Made by a program: the position numbers and the translations under genes. The notes beneath the pieces are model-generated. The model ran no database searches. It worked only from the letters and a program-made list of their open reading frames with translations, and was not told the DNA's origin. A stretch of DNA of 64,000 nt from Marsupella aquatica (Eukaryota; Plantae; Marchantiophyta), in assembly GCA_973895155.1 (NCBI GenBank), contig OZ316894.1, positions 3,806,944 through 3,870,943 of the forward strand, in the 5' to 3' direction. Below are positions 36,901 through 49,000 of this stretch, piece by piece (the first letter of the stretch is position 1; each line of letters opens with the position of its first letter).

Positions 36901-37828
36901 CAGCGGATCGATTACCATAGGAGGCCTTGCTTTTAACGGTCATCTGGATTTGAGGCACTCCCAGTGGAAGCATCTAGTGGGCCTAATGGGAGAGCACCTC
37001 CATCTCGAGTCGAAAGACGAAACCGATGGGAAAATGCTGTGGGCTTCTGGTAAACCTCCCATGAATCAGCCGCTGATCTGGTACAAAACCACGGTGGATT
37101 ATACCAGTTCCACCGATGGCCTGGTGGCTTTGGACATGAGAAGCATGAAAAAGGGCCTAGCATGGATAAATGGCCACCAATTGGGCCGATATTGGCCGTC
37201 ACGAATCAATCCGTCCACAGCGGTTTGCTCTCCTGGGTGCGATTATCGTGGTCGTTTTAATGGACCGGCAGGGGGCAAATGTGGTGTTGATTGCGGGCAG
37301 CTATCGCAAAGGTGGTATCATGTACCTGACGAGTGGCTGAAGCCGTCTGGTAATCGCTTGGTGCTCTTCGAAGAGATCGGTGGTGATCCTCATGGAATTT
37401 CGCTGTCTCGCGCAGCTGTGCAGTCCGTTTGTGCACATGTCTCCGAGGACTACGGTCAACAATGTCAGGAAACTGACTTGGAATCGACGCCTGGCCATAT
37501 CAACTTGAAACACCCAGATTTACAAATAAAGGAAACACATCTGAAATCTATGTCACAAGAAGACCAGCTCAATCTGGACTGTGGCCCTGGGAGCACCATT
37601 GCAACCATCAAATTTGCAAGCTGGGGAAATCCTCTCGGGACATGCGGCAACTTCACCCAGGGCTCGTGCCATGCTTCAAGATCTGAAGAGGTGGTCAAAA
37701 AGGCATGCATTGGGCGTCAACATTGTTGGTTGAGCGTAGACAGGAAGCTGTTCGTTGATGGGGAGAATTTCTGTCCAAGTGGACAAAAACTTAAATTGGC
37801 AGTTGAAGCTCTATGCATTCAATCCTAA
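33946..37828 (+). CDS. BGAL: GH35 beta-galactosidase with C-terminal galactose-binding (SUEL-type) lectin domain, ~955 aa, 3 exons
   Basis: Exons 33946-34774, 35269-35777 and 36299-37828 (GT-AG, in phase). Hydrophobic N-terminal signal/anchor; SGSIHYPRS; GGPIILAQIENEY (acid/base Glu); YTELYTGW (nucleophile Glu); NYYMYHGGTNFGRT; KFASWGNPLGTCG. Confidence 0.96.
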
Positions 37829-38456
37829 GAGGACGGTTTGCAAATCAAACCTTTCTACAGTAGTCATGAACAAGCACGGCATGAATCGCTGTCACAAAAC
37901 GATCATAGTTGTGCATAATCTGTAGGGTACAACCTTGCTGATGAGTTGGACTTGCATTCATAGGCACCATTATTGGAAACACCACCCTTGGACATGCTGC
38001 CTCTCCCCTTTCGACTCATGCATCTATTGTCTACAACGCTTAGAGTGATGGGGAAAGCGTGAATCACATAACTTGAATCTAGATATGAAGAAACGAAGGA
38101 AATCCTTAATGAGAGAGTGGTGGACAAGCAGGCAAAGATAATGGAAGTCTTTGAGCCAACCCTTAAGAAAGTGGTAGTACGGTTTGAAGATGAGTTTCAA
38201 TACTTATTTAGTGTTATGAACCAATTTGGACAAAAATTTCTGAAATATTTCCCTCCATGACGACACCGAGAACTCGTTCTCGCAGTTCTCCTCAAGTAGA
38301 TGATGAGAAGCCCAAATAGGCCTCATGTAGCTCCTAGATCACGAGAAGCACGACTAACATATCTTGGATCCCCTTCCATCATGATAACAACGATAGCATC
38401 GATAGCCCTCACCAACAGACGTAATTTCAAAGACAATGAAAACGGTATACATGGAT

Positions 38457-41400
38457 CTAAAGGGAACAATTTTGCAGCATGTTGTTAGATGGGGAAAATT
38501 GCTTAGCTAATCGTAGCCCCACAAGCATACCATCTACTGCAGCACTGACAATGCCACCAGCATGCCCTGCACCTTCCCCAACTGGGTATAGCCCAGCAAG
38601 TGATGTTGACTCAAAAGTTTCTTTGTGACGTTCAAGTCTTACAGGGGAGCTAGTCCGTGTCTGCAAACCACATGAATCATTCAGACAGATTCACGCATCA
38701 TACACCTTAACATACCTTTAAGATGACGCTGACAAACAGCTTCAATGTGCAGTTCACTCAAAAGATTTTATCGTACTTACATAGCTACTCAAAGGTTTGC
38801 ATTCTTTTCAGGAAGAGAATATTCAAGCCTTTAAGAGAAGATCAATTATACCTCAATACCATGCAGCAGCGCTCGTTTGTCAATAAATCCGGGTAGCTGT
38901 GATATCAAAGCCACATAGTACAGACAGTGAGCAAGGAGCCATCTGGAATTATCTGAGGGTGGTCCATCCAATCTAACATTCCGGTCAAATTGAAAGATGT
39001 CGTAAAAACCAACACTGATGAGATAAACTTGCAAATAACGAGGCTCGAGACTTGAAAAACCTTTCTTATTGAGCTCACCTGTTGTTCAAAGGCAAGTATA
39101 GCTTCCTTCAAGGACTCAGTAAGATGAGAAGGTAGTAAGTCATTCAAATAGGCCGCTTTCACGCCAAGCCGGTAGCTTGAGGTTGGCAAAGTGTCTCCTG
39201 TGACGAGCCCACGGAAAAAATTGGCAAACTATAAGGGTTCGAAACAAATCGAACGAGAGAAAGCTAGTCCGCCTAAAGTTTAATATTCACTTGACAGAAA
39301 CTTCACAAGCCACAACAACTACAATCGATAAACCGCTGTCACAAATAAAGATACACACCAGTTAGTCGGTCGTCCAGGAAGTCTGTCACTGTTTGTGCTG
39401 GGACCACGAAGTTGCCCCCGCCACGCATGGCAGCTTCTTGCTCGATTACCCTCTGCAGATAGTGTAAAAATAAATCAGTGGAACAAAAGGGACCTTGCAA
39501 TTAAAGGAAAACTCAATGTGTAAACAAGGCACATCAAGCTGGTTTATTGAGAAATATCACAGTAACTGAAAACAATATAGAGGAACATTGTCACGGCCAT
39601 CGGTTGAAATTTTCCAAGCTCTGTGATCATCAGGTTAAAGGCATGTCCTCAGTAGAAAGATTGCAAAGCTTTTCTGATAGTTATACCTGGAAAGCGACCC
39701 CAGTGAGAGGCCCAGAGTTGGAAACTAAATTTGAAAAATCAGCAGTAGAAACTGAAACCACCAAAGCAGCATTTGCCCATTTTGATGCCCGATTTGAAAA
39801 GGACATCCCGTTAATGCACAGTTCTGAAGGGCTTGTACTCGTTGGCACAACCTGCAAGCCAGACAAATATGACCTTGTAAGCTGCCATTTAACAACCTCT
39901 GCCTAGCAGTAGGCTTCCATTCAGAAAACCTTTCAAGAAGCTTTATCCTAGTGCCATTCATAGCAATGAGATATAACTAAAACCTCTACTTGCTAAGAAA
40001 ACCTTTAGGTACCAGGGGGTCAATCGGAAAGTTCAAAACATCCGTGTTAACTGAGTTGTGTATTGAAGTTTAAATACTTAGTAATCTTTCAAAGCAATAG
40101 TCTACTTGTAGAACCCTAAGCAACTCTCCATGCAATCTACCACAATATCATAAAACACCTCTGACATATATTGTTGTGAATAAAGTCTCGAGATATGCAA
40201 TGGATATGCTCGGTAACATCAACAAACCTGGCCACCAGGACACATACAGAAAGAAAAGCATCCCCGTCCGCCAAGGTCCTTTGCGTCAACAGAATCCTCG
40301 TTAGTTGGTGAGCTGACATCAGCAGCTAGCTTGTAGTCGGCTACAGGAAGTTTTCCTCTACCCCTTTGCACTTCATTTGCCCATCTGTGATACTGATGAC
40401 ACGATACATGTTACTCCCTGCTCAAAGCTCGTCGAGCGTACCAAAACGGGGAAGCTACCATTCACTAAGACAATCAAATATTTCACTCTTGCATATCACA
40501 GTACTTTCTGTACAGGCACAATGCCCCTCTACAGCTCGGTAAGAGAATCAATCCGAGATTAATGCTCAAGAGAGAGTTGATGATAATTGTTTACAGCATC
40601 CGATGACTCAAATGAATATGTGGGATTTCACAGCAAGAAGAACAAATCTGCTATATGCGCCAATAGGCAAAAGAGTCAAACCTGCATCTCGTTTACGAGC
40701 TCCTGTGGATGTTCAATACGAAAACCCACCTACTTCAAATAAGACAAGGATCAGCTCAGAAGCCAAAAATTAACATGTGGACATAATTATGGCATATATG
40801 GGACAATTATATGGGACATAATTATATGACAATATGGGCATTCATCTCCCAACTTCTCTCCTTGATAACAGATTGGAGGTTTCTTCCTCTTGAATATTGA
40901 GAACGCACAGGGTTGTCTGGCAAGATGGACTGTGGTACAAACTTTGCCACTCTGGTAAGGGAAGAGACATGGTGCACTGCTGAGTTGTATTGAAAGACAA
41001 GGAGCTATTTTACTGGTGGTCTCGTGTCTTGTCATAGTTCTATCCATCCAGGGATCAAGGTCTAGAGCAGACGCTGTATAACTGGAACAATCTAACAACA
41101 CAAGCCTGACACAGTAGCTCTCCATCTTGTAAAACCCATGATATATTGCGTAGAATCACAGCGACTCACAGCGAATGGTTTTGCCGTCATTGAAACATTG
41201 TGATAAAGCAGCCTATCAAAAACGTCACGGGCAGAGTGGCCTACGGCCAGCACCACAGCATCTGCTTTTAATAAATCTCCACAGAAACTGTTCCGATTCC
41301 CATCTACATTGGAAACCAGCACCCCTGTCACCCTGCCAGCTTCAACCTCCAGATCGTCCATTTTGGTCCCAAACATAATATTCACCTGAAAAGATGTCAT

Positions 41401-43816
41401 CCTCTCAATTATTTCGACACTCTATTGTGAAAAAATTTGAGTTATTGAGCTGCAGGAAAAACGACTTGTATTCGTTAAACAAACATGTTAACAAACATTT
41501 TAGGATTCAGATCTCTTTAGATCTTAAACACATCAATTTTTCTCTTTCTTGGGAGAGAGTTACCGTGAGAACTGTCATTACTTACACCACGGGAAAGTAG
41601 ATGAGACCTGACGTTCCGCAAGATTCGAACAAGTCTGTCTGTTCCAAGGTGGGGTTTTCCATCGACCAATATCTGCGGGGGAGCCCCAAACCGAACCAAA
41701 GTTGCCAAGACCTGAATTGTCACCAAGTCAGTTCAAGAATTTTAGCATGAACTCGTCCTGGGGGTAGTACTCATTCCCATGCTTTAATAGACAGTACAAA
41801 GCCAAGCCTTAGCATCAATATAATGATTTTGTCACTAGCTTCACATTGGAGTATGAACATAACATACAAACACCCGAGTCAACTGCCAGGCAACTCCAAA
41901 CAGCCAAAACGTGGAGTGTCAACGAGTAGCTCACGGTTTGAACGCTGCTGCCATTTTTCCCAATGCGTGTTGTCAACTTTCCATCACTCCAAGTTCCTGC
42001 ACCACCCTGTGATCCTGAGGATGGTAAATATTGGAATCAAACGCTCACGTGAACGTTGTGGAGGACACTACGTATCATCAAGTCACTACGCTTAGTTGCG
42101 AAATCAATTCAGTCATCTATCTGTGACATCTCACAAGGATACAAAGTAGATCACAAGTCTATGTGCAATGAGAAGGCCCACCTCACCATAACATAGATTG
42201 CTGTTCGGATCCAGAATCCGTCTCACCATTAGAGCACCGATGTCACGCCCCCTGCTTTCAACTGGTTGCCCTCTTTCTAACAAAACGACTTCCACACCAG
42301 TCTCAGCCAAACTGAGAGCAGCAAATAAGCCGGCTGGCCCACTCCCAACCACTACAACCCTTCCTTTCTTTACAGTGGAAGCCCATCCCGCTGAACCGCT
42401 GGATGTGCTGGGTAGCTCTTGGTTCTCAGAAACAACAGCCCCACCAACACATCCAGAGCTAGACCTGTCGCCCTCAAAATGACCGCCGACTCCTGCCTGG
42501 ACTTCATCAGCTTGCAGGTCTTTGAGGCGAGCTACTAGGTCCACGGGACTCTTTTGTAAAGGCGAGAATTCAGCCTTCCCAGGAATAGCTCGAAGAAGTG
42601 ATAAGATAGGTTTTGCCTCGGCTCCATTTTGCACAAAGTCCTTCACATCCAAGTCAATTGTGTACACAAACCTGGGAAACTGGCACCCAGCACAGGTTCG
42701 GTGAGCAAATATCACGAATGGCATAATTCTTGTGACTGAATAGGAATATTAATGGAAATAACACCAACCTCAGCAGTGCGCCACAGAAAGATGTGAATCC
42801 GTTTTATTACTAAAACGAGACGGCATCCCATACGGTGCAAGTTTTGTCGTACCTTGCGAGCGTCCAATGATTTGCGCACAACTGAGAACGATGATTTCGG
42901 CAGATTTACAGCCTGTTCATCAGAAAGACTGTTAGCTCTATACATCCACAAAGAGGCTCTATACATCCACAAAGAGAAACCCTTCTTCCGAGATCCCTTG
43001 AGAATTAACCAAGGTTGGCATTTTAGAATACTAAGCGTACAAAGTACCCATCAAACTGCAGGGGTACGTCCGAAAACTCTCACAAAAAATAATCAAAGCT
43101 TGATGACTTGTAAGAACTGATTTTTAGAGTACTTGCAGTTCACCACCCAGCATATCACTTTGACGTAAACAAATTGCACTATAGGCATTTTTTATTCCAG
43201 CACTCATCCAGTTATTCACCTCCATCCAGGGTGCCAAATTTGAGCGATGGGAGGTGGAGCAACTTACAGGGCACTTGAGAGCTAAAGCAATTGCTTCTAA
43301 CACAGAATCGGAAATAGAGAAGTCATCCTTTCCAATATCTTTTTCAAGTGAGACTTCAACTCCAAATAGTCTCCAATACCCAGTGCTCAAATGAACGTCA
43401 TTAGCTTTCAGTCCAGGTTTTCTCCTGCCACGCTTTCGCTGCTGCTCCTTCTGCCTATCCGACGACGTTTTGGCATCTTGCTTAAACCCGAAACCCCGAA
43501 TTTCTCTTACTCTACGAAAAGCTCCGTTATGTTGACTTCTAGGAAACCTCAAAAGCAATTTATCATCTCCATTGACAATTCCATTCCACCGAAAGCCCAT
43601 CCGAATCCCTGCATTGCGATTCAGGGTCCGTCCATGCCTGGCAAAAAATCCAACACCTGTGCCCCATCTGCAGGAGACTGCCCCAATTCTATGGAGTGGG
43701 AGCTCATGGCGAGAAGTAGACAATGACTTTCCAGCTGACTCGTGGGTTTTGATATTCTTGTAGACCTTGGAGTAATTGAAGGAATGCAGAGACCCATGAT
43801 TCAAAATGAGAGACAT
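38457..43816 (-). CDS. PDE327: FAD/NAD(P)-dependent oxidoreductase, At4g30720/PDE327-like, ~786 aa, 13 exons, probable plastid transit peptide
   Basis: Exons 43816-43268, 42912-42853, ~42679-42182, 42006-41935, 41711-41586, 41385-41170, 40729-40682, 40392-40228, 39851-39687, 39452-39359, 39197-39079, 38896-38852 and 38660-38457. Motifs VVVVGSGPAGLFAA, GEGGAGTWSDGKL, KPHLGTD, GFRIEHPQ, SFCMCPGG, GLYPVGEGAGHAGGIVSAAVDG. Confidence 0.92.
42935..42976. repeat. Perfect 21-bp tandem duplication in intron 1 of the oxidoreductase gene
   Basis: GCTCTATACATCCACAAAGAG x2. Confidence 0.9.
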
Positions 43817-44537
43817 TGTTCTAAACTACGAGAGACGCCTTGATTAAGGCTTCTAGCCAAACAATTTTTCGCTGCTACAGAAGGTCTGAGACGCAATCGG
43901 CGTCTCGACAGAATCCCCTCCCACTTTGGAGCGACTCGAGCATTCTTAGAAACTCTTACGACTGCGGTACAAAGTAAGCTCGAAGTCTACTAAGACTGAA
44001 ATCCCTTCAAGATTCTTATTCTCTGTACTTTATTGAAGAGAAATCCTTGACATTTTGCGCTCCAGTAATGTGCTTTCTCTACACGGCATTTTTCACCCTC
44101 ATTCGCTCATTCGCTGCCTAACTGTCATTAATAACTGGTTCGCGCACTTGTTTGAGAAAAGCACAATGCACTTGTCCGAAACTGCAGTACCCTAAAACCC
44201 AGCACTTATTATATGTCCAAGTGCATTTTTGACAACATTGCACTAATCATGAAGTGCTAAAGTCTTATGGCATAATAATGTTCACGATGCATAAGAATAT
44301 AGCATTGCTGGCCACAAGTCACGGACAACTCGGGCTTAAATAGCTCTAGTTGTGAGGGGCTACTGTTGCCCACAATGCTCTGGTAATATGACATTAATAC
44401 AATTGAAAGGCCTTGGAGATTTTTTATTTTTACCATTTTTTAGTAAATGAAATGGAGAAATTTTGAGTGTGCATTCTTCTAAGACAATGCACTGGAAACG
44501 CTAAAGAGGAAAATCACTAAGGGCATTAAGTTCAAGA

Positions 44538-44772
44538 CGAGCCCTATGCCAGTGCGTTGCACTGTGCAAGGAGGGCCGGCCCATAGGGAGTCGGGCCCGG
44601 GCATTTATGGAGCAGCAGGAAGCACATATGTGCAGGGGTGCACATTTCCTTCATCAATGGTCAGGGGAAACAACTCATCTAAACCAACAGCTGTGGATCT
44701 TTCCCGCCTAGGAGCTTTATTGTATTGGGACGAAGGACTAAAAAAGGCGGGATCCCTTATTATAGTTGTAGA
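44538..44772 (-). mobile_element. Non-autonomous Helitron (~235 bp)
   Basis: Minus strand reads A|TCTACAACTATAATAAG at the 5' end, then hairpin CAGTGC-aac-GCACTG (44550-44564), and ends CTCG|T (canonical CTAG) about 12 nt later; AT target, no TSD. Confidence 0.7.
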
Positions 44773-45579
44773 TGAGGGCTTCTTCCAAAGGACCTAACAC
44801 TTAGACATGACATAATTTAAAACCTTCAGGTTCAATAAACTCAAGCCAGAACACAAGGGCTGCAGATAATTCAAATAGCTATGTCTAACAAGCAACCATG
44901 GTACCAAATGCACCACTCAAACATGTGTTGCAATAAATTAGATGAGGAAGAGAAAGGAGGAATTCCTGACACGATACTTCATCTGACTAAAAACATTAGA
45001 GCTATATGTAAAGTGCCTGAAACCATATGAGTCCCCCAGCATCTTGGGTGCAGGGTGAGTTACTACTGTTTGATATTGACATCAACTAGGTGGCGTTCAA
45101 AACCGGGGTGAAACTATGTTAGGCCTCGGGGAGGTGCTTTCCCCTAAGTCACCCAGAGTTCAGAAGAGGACAAACTTAGCTCTAATGGGGTAGAGTCCAA
45201 CTTTGTCCATCACAAGAGGAGGTGCTAACTCACGTAGTATGTTTCGGGTTAAGTAACTTCATGGCAGATGGCATTCATTGTTACTCAAGTTTAGCATCTG
45301 ACCAGAGTGGTCTCAGTGAAATTGCAACTCTTCCCAAGTCTCTACACTCCAATCTACCTTGCACATTATCCACACTTTGCCCTGTCTTATAAGTGCATGA
45401 GAAACCATTGATGTACTGCTCTATATGTGCATGGTCTGCACCACCAATTAACTGCATGGAAAATCACCTATGCACTTCCCAATGTGTGTTGTCAGGTCAC
45501 ATACATTGCATTCCCAAGCACAATTCAATGGATCTCAATCTTTGCTACATTACAAATACATAAGTGCATTCAGATTATC

Positions 45580-45840
45580 CTTCAGTATGAAAAGAACAAC
45601 TACAACCACTAAAGCTCACATAAGTCCCAAAATTCTGAATTTTCTGTAGTGTGAAACAAACAACAATAACCACTACAGGTCCCCGGTAATGGTGGGAGTC
45701 CTGGTTTCTCCCCGGCCTCTGGCTGGTCGCTCTTGGTATGAAATGACAGCAACAACCGCTAAAGCTCCCAAAAGCCCCAGATTTTGAGTTCTCGTGTAGT
45801 ATGAAAAGAACAACAACAACCACTAATGTTCACATAACAG
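45580..45840. repeat. Four degenerate repeats upstream of BIN4
   Basis: GT(A/G)TGAAA..ACAACAACAACC(A/G)CTA near 45585, 45650, 45735 and 45800, arranged as two ~150-bp dimers. Confidence 0.8.
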
Positions 45841-46024
45841 TGCGAGAGAGAGAGCAATCAACAGGAGGATCGGAAGAGCAAGAGAAGTGGCAGACCAATG
45901 CATTCTGCGTGTGGATAATGAGTGGTTGAGACCTGTAGTTGATGGTTCTCGGTTGCCGCATGTCCTCGTTGCCCTGGTGAACATTGTCGTCGTCGAGGAT
46001 TGAAAGCTCTGAGGAGTCGTCACC

Positions 46025-49000
46025 ATGAACGACCCGGACTGGATGAACGAGTTCCAGGTGAGGTCGTGTTGAGGGAAGCAAGGCCTTTTTCTAATTTTTT
46101 GCCTTGGAACGGAGAGGAAATGCGTCTATCCTAGACGATTAATCGGAGGATGCAATACTGTAGGGTAGCCCACTGGGGGAATTACCAGGAGGGAGAGGAT
46201 TAGTGTCAGGAATGGATTCTCCTTCCTTCGATTTATGTTCTCGTGTGCCCTTGTTTGGGGATTCTTGTTCCCCTGTTGTGGTCGGATTCTGGTGGATTGC
46301 TTCAGTCAAAGAAGCGCACATATTACTGTTAGGGAGAGATCGGAAAATTATAAGAAAAGCGGAATAGACGAACGAAGAAGGTTCTTGAAATGGTCTGCAA
46401 GAGGATCACTTAAGAGGCTGAACCCTAAATGACTGCACTGCGATCCAGAGGCATGAGGTGGTATGTGGTCTCGTTTGTTGCCATTCAATAAAAGAAGGAT
46501 TGGACGCAGGTTTGGCTCGATAAATGAGTAAAGTTCCAGAAAGTTTTATTGTTCTTTACGTTTGATTTTCCTTTTCTTTGGGATTGCTTGCTTCTTGCCA
46601 TGTAAGATTCTGGGTTTATGATCTGAAAATCAGGGAAGGTTTCATTCTGATGCAGTTCCTGCTCTTTGGGGCTAGTAATTGTCTATGCAGTTAGACTTGG
46701 GTTGATTTCATCTAATTTGTTGCGGTTGACAAACAAAAGATGCGGATGCAGATTAGCTTAATAAATGTGTTCAGCTCCGTGATGGTTATGGGTTTTTTAA
46801 GAGATTGAACGTGGTCTCTGTTTTGGTTGTTTACGACGTTTCAGTGGAGGGAATTGTCATAACATTGTTTGCAGCATTCGTATGGTTGGTTCCCTCTTCT
46901 CTGCTGAGAGGAAGATGGTGATGTGTGTCAAGCTCACAGTGTGAGAACAACATCTGAATTGCCACTATTTGAAGGAAAAAATGGCAATGCTGCTAAAGTG
47001 GTTTGAAACAAAGGGGGGGAAACACAAATTTGATAAATACTTCGGAGAATTGGCAAATATCAATGTAGTTCAAGTTGACTGTTGAGACTGACTCTATTTG
47101 GAACACGATGACCTGGCATGTGCGGGTGGATGGGATTTGGGATTTCGCGTGTTGACTTGAAAGACTCCCACGGAGAACGTGTTGATGCACCTTTCATCTT
47201 CATCTCCGTCCTCTTCTCCTTCTCGGGAAAAGATTGCGAACAGAGAATCTGGAAAGGGAGAGGAAGTATCGGTGTCAAACGGAAAGGAAAATAGTGATGA
47301 TGAGGACAGTCCACTCATATCTACTCTCCAATATTCCCGAGTAGGAAAGAAGGGCCCTAAAGGTTTGGGAGGGGGCATTAGTATGTCTAAAGAAGTGGAG
47401 AAGTCGCCAGCGAAACTGTCTGCTAAGGTAGTCAGGAATGGAGTTGTGGGTGCCCAAGAAGACACCGTTGATGAAGGAGAATCACCTAATGTTGGGTTAC
47501 GACGGTCAAGGGGTAAGAACAAAAGGGCTCTTGAGTTCGACGAAGATGATGATTATGAGTATCAGGTTCCCTCCAAGGTCAGGAAATCACCAGCGTCTCC
47601 TCAGGCGAAAAAGGAAACAGCCAGGACTGGTCGGAAAGGCAGGAGGGTATCTTTCTCGGAAGAGGAAGGCACCCCACAGTTGAAAAAAGTGAAGAGGGAG
47701 GTCCAGCTCGGGGACGCTGTAGCCATAGATGAAGACGATGAAGAACCGATATCAAGCCTCGTGAGGAAGAAAGACAAGAGGCCAACTGCAGCTGCTAAAA
47801 CCACCGGTCTTCCGGCGGTAGGTGCTGATGATTCCAAGTTAGCCGTAGAACCCAAGAAGGAGCCAAGTGGAGCGTTTGCTTTAGCGTCCTTGAGGGATCC
47901 CGTAGGTACTGGAGCGGATGGCGAGGATGCCGTCTTGACGCAGGAAGAGGCTAGCCAAGTAGAAACAGGGGAGGTTTCTGAACGGAAGGGAAAGCCAAGA
48001 GTAAGATTCCTACTTGCTATGTGTTTTTCCTTACTGCGTTTGTTTTTGAGGTCGCTCAAATACCTCTGCTCACAGTATCATGCGTTTCCGTTTGGTCGGG
48101 GCTTCGTTTCAGGCTTGACCACCTTGGTAACGACCTATTTAAAATAGAGAGCAATTCTCATGTGAGCAAGGAAATTTTCCATCCGTGTGCTTTCCCTTTC
48201 GACTCTTCAAACACTACTTTGTCCCTGTCATTTCTTAAGAGTACTTTTCTTGGGGGCAACTTTCACATACACTGAAGGCCTGATCTTTAAATCCAGGTCT
48301 TGTGCCATAAAATTTGCCCACTTCTTGGCTTGCAATGGAATGAGCACGGTTGCTCCTTCCTATCGTCTGCTCGTGAAGTTCTCTCTAACACAAACCTGTG
48401 AACGCAGGGATCCTCAAATCTACCTGTGATTTTTGCAGAAAAGGTTCATAGAACTAAGGTATGTCCTGAAGTCGTGCAATGTAAACGTTGTTTGCAGTAT
48501 GGATATAGAATCTGATACGGACTTTTGCAATTGACTGAAGTTTTGGATTCCAGAGTCCATGGCTCCATCACGTTAGACATCCTTAGGGATCGTTGTATTC
48601 TACATTGGTTGAAAATTTGTCCCCACATTTTCTTGACGTTTTCATGAACGGTTACCTTCTGGCATAGGTACTTCTGGAGTGCGAGGGAGACGCTCTAGAC
48701 TTAAGTGGAGACATGGGAGCAGTGGGGCGTTTCTCCGTAAATTCAGGGAGAGACAATTGTGAAGATGATCTTCTCCTAGATCTCAAAGGTAACACTCTAA
48801 TTTTACCTTTTGAAAGTCGTACCAAGATTATTTTGGTCTGCCATAGGATGTGGAAGAGACATTTCATCCAAGTAATCCAATTGAAATTCTCATCAGAATC
48901 GTTATGGAAGACCTTCTAGATTGGTAAATGCATATGTGTTGTGAATTCTATAAATACTGTCAACCGTAGTATATAGATGCACCTTTTAGAAGCATAATGT

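Noticed and set aside
47094-48059. Long antisense ORFs over BIN4 exon 2 (similar ones over the PUB, BGAL and copia ORFs)
   Set aside because: Explained as shadow frames of the real coding strand.
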